The notes below the pieces were generated by a model. That model was given only the letters and a program-made list of their open reading frames with translations, was not told the origin of the DNA and ran no database searches. Positions 26,607 to 36,980 of a stretch of DNA of 64,000 nt are shown piece by piece; positions within the stretch are counted from its first letter, which is position 1, and every line of letters starts with the position of its first letter. The stretch is from Octopus bimaculoides (lineage: Eukaryota). Location of the stretch: the NCBI RefSeq assembly GCF_001194135.2, contig NC_068985.1, positions 61,103,586-61,167,585 on the forward strand. Direction: 5' to 3'. A program made the position numbers and the translations under genes.

Positions 26607-27684
26607 CATTCATACTGCAAAGTGCAATTACTGGCATGAAATTCTCTGCAACATTTTGTCCAGTTATATGCCATGAGCAATAATATATTGCTTGACAATG
26701 TAAAAATATAACTGCTCTATTTCTCTTTTAGAGTGTGTATTGTTTTTTATTGATTTACAGATAACTGATGATATATGTATATACCTTCACTCCTGTTCAC
26801 CATTCATTAGATTTATCTCTACTTCTATCTCTCATCATTTGTTACTCTACTTTTAGATTCTTATGACTATCTTCCTCCTGATGATTCACTATCCATCTCA
26901 TCTATTATTCAAACCCTCCATGAGTATCCCATCACTACCATCTTATCTCATTCCTACCATCTTGTCTTCTTTTCAGCTATTCCTACCCATCCTTATATAA
27001 TGTGGGATAGTCAGGTATCTTCTCTACTGTAAGACACTTCTGCTTGTCCTTGGCCTAAAGTCACCTCTCCCTACTCTTAAATAGTCCCTGCCCAATATGT
27101 CGAGGGGGCTTTTCCTGTACTTGTTCTTTTCTGTTTTGCAATAACCTGGGAATCTCACCAGTGCCAGTGGTATGTATAAAGTACCCAGTACTTGCTGCAA
27201 AGTGGTTGATGTTTGGAACGGCATCCAATCACAGAAACCATGCCAAAGCTTACATGGAGCATCATGCAGGCCTGTAGCTCATCTGACGCTGTCAAATCAT
27301 CCAACCCATACCAGTATCAAATGACGATGATGGTGATATTAGTCTCCTAGGTTTCAACACCTGGAGGCTGGCATTAACCAGATGCAAGCACAGTGTGTAA
27401 AGACGTTTGCTAACCAGCGACATGGTTTCAGGTTCAGTTCCAATGTATGGAACCTTGTGCAAGTGTTTTCTACTATAGCTCCAGGCAACCAAATCCTTGT
27501 GAGTAGATTTGGTGGAAGGAAACTGAAAGAAGCCTATGATATATATATATATATATATGTAAGAGGAGGCAGGTGAACAGCCCAGCTAAAGATGAAACTT
27601 AGAGTAGACTGTTAACTTTGATACATCCTCTCCATTTTCTTGTTTTTTTTTTTTCATTTTTCCTCCGTTTTTCCCCTTTTAACA

Positions 27685-27720
27685 CTTTCTATCAAAGAAC
27701 ATAGGTTCAAAACGTCAAAG
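27685..27720 (+). ncRNA. Degenerate minimal hammerhead-like motif (core mutated)
   Basis: CTTT / CTATCAA-A / GAAC-ATAG-GTTC / AAAA-C-GTC / AAAG: same layout as 53781-53815, stems I and II still pair, core damaged. Confidence 0.4.
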
Positions 27721-28062
27721 ACTTTTCCATTCTTCCTCAGTGTCAAATTAATACACCTGCTTGTTGTTCTCTCATCTGTCTTTGTCTTTTGCCTTCTGTA
27801 AATTTGAAATGTCCACATCTCCTTGTTTTCACATTAAATGAGTGTTACTCTCATACATACATATATATCACATAGCTATGTTTACACAATGAACTATATA
27901 AAACAGTAGCAAGGTGACTGAGAGGAAGGGTTCTCTAAGTGGTCATTGAATTATTACAGTCTAACATTTACAAAAACTTAGTAAGAACACATTAGCTAAA
28001 TGTAGACAGAGAAGTTAGACAGAGTCTCACAAAAAAAGATATGACATGCATGTCTGGAATAC

Positions 28063-28140
28063 CTTGAACCCTAAGTGTTGCATGAGAGCTGAGCCTGAAC
28101 AAAACAACATAATTTACATCAACCTTGAAACATAATTTGT
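28063..28140 (-). CDS. Candidate 78-nt exon: KLCFKVDVNYVVLFRLSSHATLRVQ
   Basis: Strong acceptor TTTTTTATTTCAG, donor AAG|GTATTC, phase 1-1 compatible with 24285-24329. An internal alternative acceptor is possible at 28094. Confidence 0.5.
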
Positions 28141-28959
28141 CTGAAATAAAAAACATCAAATAATTTCTAATCTCAACATTTTTATTTTCCTTTTTAAACA
28201 TGAAACATTAAGAGAAAAATAGTTATATTTTTATAATTTAGAATAACAGAAACAAAAATAAAGGGCAGAAAGGAGCTATAGGATTATGAATGAATTGCAA
28301 ACATCTATTTTTAAAGGTGTATGTATGTTACATAATTTGTCGACATAGGCACACTACTAGCTCTCCCTGCTGTGCTAGTTCCTTTACATCACTCACTTAA
28401 GAACTCTTCAGACTCAATCAGCTCCTATTCATGTAACTCGAGAAGGTCTCCAGGGAAGCTAGAAGACACTGTTTCTCCACAAATAATACAATATTAACAT
28501 TTAAAGAAAATCCACATTAAAAAATAATCCCATAGAGCAATGACAGAATTCATTTCCATAATGTGGAGTTAATTAAACACTGACTAATAACAATAATAAT
28601 AACTCTAGACAAATCATTGAAAAAATAGATTAAATATTTGCATTTAAATAAACATGTCCATGGAGTATGTCATGTCAGACATGGGCAGATTAGAATTTAC
28701 TAAATGTTTCACTTGATATATAGCAACAACAAATAAATGAGCAAGCAAGTAAGCCTAAGATTTCTTTTAATTGAAGGAACTTTGGTCAAATTGTGAGACA
28801 CCAGTATACGGAGCATGATGAAAACTCTCAGATTCATTATTCTTGATATTTCAACAGCAAATGCATGTTGTGCAGCAGTCCAAGACACTATAACTGTCTG
28901 GCTACCTTCACTAATGCTACACCAATGGCCATGTAAAATGTGGGAACTTTTACTGCTAT

Positions 28960-29270
28960 ACCCTTTGAAATCTTCATGTGGTCAAGTGATTAGGGTGTTA
29001 GGCTTACAATCATAAAGTCATGAGTTCAATTCTTGGACTGGACAGTGCATTATATCCTTGAGTATGGCACTTTAATTAACAATTCAGGTCTACTTAGCTT
29101 TGAGCCAGTGCAGCCAACTTCTCTAGCTGTCATACCATGGGTCAAGTGTGGGGAAAACCAAATGGTATCTATGTCTACCCATGGCTATAGACACCTAAAA
29201 CAATTAGCAAAAGCATGGTTCATGCTACCAGTCATGCTAGTAAGTGACAAATATGGTTTGATGGTTATAT
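28960..29270 (+). mobile_element. tRNA-derived SINE (family of 10270-10610)
   Basis: Head GTGGTCAAGTGATTAGGGTG..GAGTTCAATTC followed by a homologous body. Confidence 0.55.
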
Positions 29271-29502
29271 AAATATTAAAAATGGTGGATATACTGATGA
29301 AAACAATACTTAGTAGGGTGAAATTCTTATGTACTCAGTTGATCAGGACTGTAGGTCTACTGTGTAACAACTTATTCAATCAGCCGAGTATTGCCTGAAG
29401 GAGTTATTACAGGTGAAATTTGAAATACCAGTCACCTCCAATATGTATAACAAACACACATACAAACTCATTCATTCTGACATCTGCTAGCAAGGGTTAT
29501 GA

Positions 29503-29504
29503 AC

Positions 29505-29597
<93 letters not shown>
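29503..29597. repeat. (TA)n microsatellite
   Basis: Seen directly. Confidence 0.98.
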
Positions 29598-29600
<3 letters not shown>

Positions 29601-29699
29601 GAACATATATATATAAGGAAAACAGTTAAGAGGTGAAATGTCATGAAATTTATTGTCAGTAAGTGAGGAAGTAAGAAGTAACGCCTCAAGAAATGATAT

Positions 29700-30030
29700 T
29701 AAATGGTGATCGGGCGGGCACAAGCTGGGTGAGAATTTCTACAGCTGGATGCCCTTCCTAACACCAACCACTCCGAAAGTGTAGTGGGCGCTTTTACGTG
29801 CCACTGGCATGAGGGCCAGTCAGGTGGTTCTGGCAATGACCATGCTCAAAAGGTGTTTTTTACATGCTACCTGCATGGGAGCCAGTCCAGAGGCACTGGC
29901 AACGACCACGCTCAAATGTTGATTTTCATGTGCCGGTAAGGCGGCACTGGCAACAACCACACTTGAATGGTGCTTTTTACGTGCCACTGGCATGATGGGA
30001 GCCAATCCGAGGCCCTGGCAATGATCGTTA
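29700..30030 (-). mobile_element. RTE 3' UTR fragment with about four tandem subrepeats
   Basis: Homologous to 1-336 and 42375-42835. Confidence 0.75.
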
Positions 30031-30472
30031 AAAGGGATTTTTCATAAATCAAATTTATATTAATGGGTAATTTTAACTTGTGTATATAGGTAATTTTAAC
30101 GTGTATATATGATATGCTTTTATAATTACTGTTGTATTAAATAATTATTGATAGATCTAGATTAGCAGCAGTCAGTGTTATTATCACCAACTCAAAATCT
30201 AGGTTACTTAAGGTGAGCCTGGTAACTGATGGTTCTGGGGTCTTGTTTGTAACTTTTGATGAGCCATGGTGCAACAAACAAAATGGTAAAATTCCTTGCC
30301 ATTAATTTGGTGAGGATGGGTAATATCAAATACTTCAATCACAACATATATCTAAATTAAACATGAAAAAAATTGAAATATTATCTTTCAGTATTTTATA
30401 AGTTAAAATCTTAAATTATTAATTGACACATTATTAATCATCTTATAGCAGCAACGCCTGGAAAAATCATGG

Positions 30473-30928
30473 ATTACATGGAAAAATGCGAGCAATATTC
30501 TTGAGATTATAAACATGGAAAAGTACAGGACAAGTTACCTGGAAAAGTATAGGACAAGCTATTAGTTCTAGTAAAGTAAAGAATAAGAAACTTTTTACTC
30601 AAAATATTGTAGCTAAAATTAAAATTTGAAAATTAAAAATTATTTTATTATAGTATACAAATAACACTATACTTATTTAAGTAGAATTTGGCTAATGTAC
30701 TACCTTAAATACAGAAAAAAGTGACTAAGTAGACAAACTTACAAATTAGCTGAACAGTTCTGTACAATAAATTTCAAAGACAAGAACTGTAAAGAGTGAT
30801 AACTTAGAAGAACTGGCATTCTTTGCTGCTTGTCCTATACTTTTCCAGGTGTAATAATTTGTCCTGCACTTTTCCAGGTTTATAATCATAAGAATATTAC
30901 TTTCCATGTTTGCATTTTTCCATGTAAT
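30473..30928. repeat. Fold-back / MITE-like element: inverted arms of about 90-100 bp around a spacer of about 270 bp
   Basis: 30473-30559 matches the reverse complement of 30828-30928 (ATTACATGGAAAAATGC...CCTGGAAAAGTATAGGACAAGC), with internal GGAAAAGT subrepeats. Confidence 0.8.
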
Positions 30929-30966
30929 AAATATATATATAAAAATTTATGTATATACATATATAA

Positions 30967-31000
<34 letters not shown>

Positions 31001-31231
31001 NNNNNNNNNNNNNNNNNNNNNNNNNNNNNNNNNNNNNNNNNNNNNNNNNNNNNNNNNNNNNNNNNNNNNNNNNNNNNNNNNNNNNNNNNNNNNNNNNNNN
31101 NNNNNNNNNNNNNNNNNNNNNNNNNNNNNNNNNNNNNNNNNNNACATTTATATATAAATATAAATTTATAGATATAAATATATATTTATATGTATATATA
31201 TAGATGTGAATATATATAAATATATATATAT

Positions 31232-32400
31232 CCACCAAGGATCAGTCCTCAGCCCCATCTTATTCATCATAGTCCTCCAGGCAATAACAGAGTAATTCAA
31301 GACAGGATGCTCCTCGGAGCTTCTCTATGCTGATGACCTTGCTCTAATTGCTGAGTCACTATCAGAACTAGAGGAGAAGTTTCAGGTGTGGAAGCAAGGA
31401 TTAGAATTGAAGGGCCTTAGAATCAAACTAGCAAATACCGAAGTCTTAATAAGTAGGAAGGCAGACAAACCACAAACCCCATCAGGTAGATGGCTCTACT
31501 TGATCTGTAGAAAAGGCGTAGGTAGAAACTCCATAAGATGTACCAAGTGTAAGCTATGGACACACAAGAGGTGCAGCAATATCAAAGGAAGGCTAATTGG
31601 GAAGATATTTTTTGTGTGTGGCAAATGCTCAGGAGCAATGAACACTGAAAATGTGCAAGAGAATAGCTTCTTTCACATTCCAGGGGCAAAAGCTACAAGT
31701 AGTTGATAGCTTCCATTACCTAGGTGACCAAGTCAGTAGCTGGGGTGGATGCTCTGAAAGTGTACCTGCTAGAATAAGAATAGCCTGGGAAAAGTTCACA
31801 GAGCTCTTACCTCTGCTGGTGACAAAAGGCCTCTCACTCAAAAGTAAAAGGTAGTCTGTATGACGCATGTGTGCGAACTGCCATGCTACATGGCAGTGAA
31901 ACATGGGCCATGACTGCTGAGGAGATGTGTAAGCTTGCAAGGAATGAAGCCAGTATGCTCTGCTGGATATGTAATGTCAGTGTGCATACACGACAGAGTG
32001 TAAGTGCCCTGAGAGAAAAGTTGGACTTATGAAGCATCGGATGTGGTGTGCAAGAGAGACGACTGCACTGGTATGGTCATGTGTTGCGAATGGATGAGGA
32101 TAGCTGTGTGAAAAAGTGTCACACTCTAGCAGTTGAGGGAACCTGAGAGAGAGGTAAACCCAGGAAGACCTTTGGAGATATGCTGTGCTTGAGAAGACAT
32201 GGCAAGCCAAGTGAGACCATAACCGTGCCCTATGCCAATGCTATATAACAAGCCCATTTAAGAGTACCCTTCAATCACTGGACAATAAACTATGCTTGCA
32301 AAGAAGTGTTGAGGCAAGTGAAATCGTTGTCATGGCCGATGACAGTACCACCTGATTGGCACCTGTGCAAGTGGAATGTTCAAAGCACCATTCAAGCATG
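31232..32400 (+). mobile_element. RTE LINE, 3' half of ORF2 plus start of 3' UTR, with stops and frameshifts
   Basis: HQGSVLSPILF..LLYADDLAL RT motifs, an inserted Cys/His finger, VVDSFHYLGD, LYDACVRTAMLHGSETW, RRLHWYGHVLRM and RGKPRKT. Confidence 0.95.
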
Positions 32401-32401
32401 A

Positions 32402-32714
32402 ATAAACACTGAAAATGTGCAGAAAACAACTTTGGCCACATTCCAGGGAGAAAAGCTAGACGTAGTTGATAGCTTCTGCTACCTAGGTGACCAAGTTAGT
32501 AGTGGGGGAGGGTGCGCTGAAAGTGTAGCTGCTAGAATAAGAATAGCCTGGGCAAAGTTCAGAGAGCTGGTGACAAGGGGCCTCTCACTCAGAGTAAAAG
32601 GCAAACTGTATGACGCATGTGTACGAACAGCCATGCTACATGGCAGTGAAACATGGGCTGTGACTGCTGAGGATATGCGTAGGCTCACAAGGAATGAAGC
32701 CAGTATGCTCTGAT
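32402..32714 (+). mobile_element. Second 5'-truncated copy of the same RTE family, running into the gap
   Basis: FQGEKLDVVDSFCYLGDQVSSGGG..LYDACVRTAMLHGSETW, paralogous to 31650-31970. Confidence 0.9.
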
Positions 32715-33448
32715 NNNNNNNNNNNNNNNNNNNNNNNNNNNNNNNNNNNNNNNNNNNNNNNNNNNNNNNNNNNNNNNNNNNNNNNNNNNNNNNNNNNNNN
32801 NNNNNNNNNNNNNNNNNNNNNNNNNNNNNNNNNNNNNNNNNNNNNNNNNNNNNNNNNNNNNNNNNNNNNNNNNNNNNNNNNNNNNNNNNNNNNNNNNNNN
32901 NNNNNNNNNNNNNNNNNNNNNNNNNNNNNNNNNNNNNNNNNNNNNNNNNNNNNNNNNNNNNNNNNNNNNNNNNNNNNNNNNNNNNNNNNNNNNNNNNNNN
33001 NNNNNNNNNNNNNNNNNNNNNNNNNNNNNNNNNNNNNNNNNNNNNNNNNNNNNNNNNNNNNNNNNNNNNNNNNNNNNNNNNNNNNNNNNNNNNNNNNNNN
33101 NNNNNNNNNNNNNNNNNNNNNNNNNNNNNNNNNNNNNNNNNNNNNNNNNNNNNNNNNNNNNNNNNNNNNNNNNNNNNNNNNNNNNNNNNNNNNNNNNNNN
33201 NNNNNNNNNNNNNNNNNNNNNNNNNNNNNNNNNNNNNNNNNNNNNNNNNNNNNNNNNNNNNNNNNNNNNNNNNNNNNNNNNNNNNNNNNNNNNNNNNNNN
33301 NNNNNNNNNNNNNNNNNNNNNNNNNNNNNNNNNNNNNNNNNNNNNNNNNNNNNNNNNNNNNNNNNNNNNNNNNNNNNNNNNNNNNNNNNNNNNNNNNNNN
33401 NNNNNNNNNNNNNNNNNNNNNNNNNNNNNNNNNNNNNNNNNNNNNNNN

Positions 33449-33528
<80 letters not shown>

Positions 33529-33755
33529 TGTATATGTATATACATGTAATATATAGAGCAATAAGAAAATGGAGGGGATCAATAGATGGTATTCATCAAC
33601 TTATAGACATTATATTATGTCAATTTATCTATTTATTAAAAGGACATTTATAACAATATACATACATGTATGGCATATTATGCTTTACATATATAATACA
33701 GAAAAAATCAGTAATTATTAAAATACAACATATAGCAATAGAAATTGGGATAATT

Positions 33756-33877
33756 TCTTACAGCTGTTTCAGCCAAGAGGCAAAAATACAGCGTTCTACC
33801 TTTATCCCTCCAGTTGACTGAAGTAATTAATAGATGAAATTGGGGTACTTGGGTGTTTCTGTAGGCTTCGTCAGAGA
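33756..33877 (-). ncRNA. Type I hammerhead-ribozyme-like motif with intact core and 89-nt loop II insert
   Basis: Minus strand TCT-CTGACGA-AGCC-(89 nt)-GGCT-GAAA-C-AGCT-GTA-AGA: stem I 3 bp, stem II 4 bp, palindromic stem III (ACAGCTGT), GUA cleavage triplet. Confidence 0.6.
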
Positions 33878-34007
33878 TTTTAGAAAGTATATAAGGTTAA
33901 GTTATAAATATAAATACACACACATATACATACTTTTACAGATACATACATATACCTACACTTAAATATACATACATAAATGCATGTATATGCATACAAA
34001 TGAATCA

Positions 34008-34047
<40 letters not shown>

Positions 34048-35135
34048 GATGCATTATATTATTCATATTAAATAAAATATAAACAGAGGTATGAGATCTT
34101 AAAACTATTTTAGTTATGCAAGAATGAAACTGTGTATACATGAGGAGCACACATGTATATATATGTATATACATGTGTGTGTGTGTGTGTGTATGTGTGT
34201 GTATATATATANNNNNNNNNNNNNNNNNNNNNNNNNNNNNNNNNNNNNNNNNNNNNNNNNNNNNNNNNNNNNNNNNNNNNNNNNNNNNNNNNNNNNNNNN
34301 NNNNNNNNNNNNNNNNNNNNNNNNNNNNNNNNNNNNNNNNNNNNNNNNNNNNNNNNNNNNNNNNNNNNNNNNNNNNNNNNNNNNNNNNNNNNNNNNNNNN
34401 NNNNNNNNNNNNNNNNNNNNNNNNNNNNNNNNNNNNNNNNNNNNNNNNNNNNNNNNNNNNNNNNNNNNNNNNNNNNNNNNNNNNNNNNNNNNNNNNNNNN
34501 NNNNNNNNNNNNNNNNNNNNNNNNNNNNNNNNNNNNNNNNNNNNNNNNNNNNNNNNNNNNNNNNNNNNNNNNNNNNNNNNNNNNNNNNNNNNNNNNNNNN
34601 NNNNNNNNNNNNNNNNNNNNNNNNNNNNNNNNNNNNNNNNNNNNNNNNNNNNNNNNNNNNNNNNNNNNNNNNNNNNNNNNNNNNNNNNNNNNNNNNNNNN
34701 NNNNNNNNNNNNNNNNNNNNNNNNNNNNNNNNNNNNNNNNNNNNNNNNNNNNNNNNNNNNNNNNNNNNNNNNNNNNNNNNNNNNNNNNNNNNNNNNNNNN
34801 NNNNNNNNNNNNNNNNNNNNNNNNNNNNNNNNNNNNNNNNNNNNNNNNNNNNNNNNNNNNNNNNNNNNNNNNNNNNNNNNNNNNNNNNNNNNNNNNNNNN
34901 NNNNNNNNNNNNNNNNNNNNNNNNNNNNNNNNNNNNNNNNNNNNNNNNNNNNNNNNNNNNNNNNNNNNNNNNNNNNNNNNNNNNNNNNNNNNNNNNNNNN
35001 NNNNNNNNNNNNNNNNNNNNNNNNNNNNNNNNNNNNNNNNNNNNNNNNNNNNNNNNNNNNNNNNNNNNNNNNNNNNNNNNNNNNNNNNNNNNNNNNNNNN
35101 NNNNNNNNNNNNNNNNNNNNNNNNNNNNNNNNNNN

Positions 35136-35179
<44 letters not shown>

Positions 35180-35894
35180 TACATATGTTTTTCTGCTGTT
35201 TAAGCAGCTTTTATTTCAAGGTAGGTGTAACTATTACAGTTCAAGTTTAATAGGCTGTATTTACAAAAGTACTATTATGCCTTATACTCTTCAATGAAAA
35301 CCATAGAGTGGAAGGTTCATGTGTTATTAGTGAATCCAAGTAACAGTTAAGATTTTCAGAGTCATGCATAAACATGGGTAATGAAGAAACATGAATAAAG
35401 GAAAGGTGTGGTCAGAGGCACATTTTATCAACCAAGCTGTTTAGCAAAATTTAAATGTTTTTCACTGTGTGAGTTCATCAAACTTGTTGAGATTTCACTT
35501 GGTAACTACAAAACAAACATTTGTTGTGCACCAAAATTACTCAATTACGTAGTAGAAAAATATGTATAAATACACACACAAACACGCAACTATATAAAAA
35601 ATCATTATATACATATTTACATATATATATAGGTGCATACATCTATACACACACACATAATAAAAAATAAATATCTTTATGTGCTCAAGAACAACATTGA
35701 CTGAAAAAGAACTCTGAAGAAGTGTTAAGTATATAATCTAATATTCTCAATAAAATTACAATAAACACACACACACACACTGACATATATATATGTACCA
35801 AAATAGACACACACATACATACATGTGCGTCAATACACACAAATACTATTTGCATTACCTTTTACATTTTCTTTCCGTTTATGTTTTGTTTATA

Positions 35895-36490
35895 CATGTT
35901 TCAGCCACTGGACTGCAGCCATGCTGGGACACTGCCTTGAAGGGTTTAGTCAAACAAATCAACTGAAGTATTTTTTTCTTTTTTAACCAAACCACTAAGT
36001 TATGGAGATGTAAACGAAAAACCAATTGTCAAACGGTGGTTTGGGTCAAACATATACACAAAAACACATACACATATCTTCTATCTTTTATTTCAGTCAT
36101 TTGACTATGGCCATGCTGGGGCATTGCTTTGAAGGATTTTAAGCAAACAAATTGACCCCAGAGCTTCTGTTTTTTTAAAGCCTGGTACTTATTCTATTGG
36201 TCACTTTTGTTGAGCCATTAAATTACAGGGATATAAACACACCAACACAGGTTGTCAAGCAGTGGTGGGGGACAAACAGAGAAACACACACACACACACA
36301 GATATATGCATATATATATACAACAGGCTTCTTTCAGTTTCCATCTACCAAATCCACACATAAAGCTTTCGTTGGCCTGAGGCTACAATAGAAGACACTT
36401 GCCCAAAGTGCCACACAATGAGACTGAACCCAGCACTATGCAATGGGAAGCACGCTTCTTACCACACAGCCACATCTGAGCCTTTTTTTA
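35895..36490 (-). mobile_element. CORE-type SINE(s), alternative-tail subfamily, with a partial duplication of the 3' half
   Basis: Reverse complement of the 11040-11390 type; tRNA-like head at 36420-36480. Confidence 0.75.
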
Positions 36491-36620
36491 ATTTTTTGTA
36501 GACTTATTCATTGTTCACTTCCTGTGCATATTCTATGTACCGTTTATGTAATTTTGGTTACCTTTTCTGATGATTTGTAGTACACCTGAGCATAGTGTAC
36601 AATAAGTTCATTATTATATA

Positions 36621-36673
36621 TATAACCTCAGTTCATCCAAAGCTTACAGAGCTTTGGATGAACTGAGGTTATA
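36621..36673. repeat. Perfect 24-bp inverted repeat with a 5-nt loop
   Basis: TATAACCTCAGTTCATCCAAAGCT-TACAG-AGCTTTGGATGAACTGAGGTTATA. Confidence 0.97.
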
Positions 36674-36866
36674 GGTGAAGACACTTGCCCAAGGTGCCAC
36701 ACAATGGGATTGAACCCTGAACCATGTGGTTGAGAAGCTAATTACTTACTACAGTCACACGTTGATAATAATTAAATACTTGATGTACTAAACAAATCTC
36801 AAATTCATTTCATATCAGTTAAACAAATTTGTTGTATGTAGATTATTATCATTATTACTATTGTAC

Positions 36867-36890
36867 CATTTCTACTTGGTAACAGATGAC
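36867..36890 (-). CDS. Candidate 24-nt microexon (VICYQVEM)
   Basis: Acceptor GTGTTTTTTTTAATTTAG, donor ATG|GTACAA, open frame. Confidence 0.4.
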
Positions 36891-36955
36891 CTAAATTAAA
36901 AAAAACACTAAGAACAGCTTGCATACAAAAAATAGCAAATATAATGTATATTTAC

Positions 36956-36980
36956 TGAACCGACTTCTTTTAAAGTTTTC
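36956..36980 (-). CDS. Candidate 25-nt microexon (KTLKEVGS)
   Basis: T-rich acceptor ending TTTTTATAG, donor TCA|GTAAAT. Phase 2-0 fits the upstream exon 39727-39793; 65-nt intron to the next exon. Confidence 0.4.

Noticed and set aside
28387-28458. Minus-strand exon-like segment with a GTGAGT donor
   Set aside because: Stops in all three frames.
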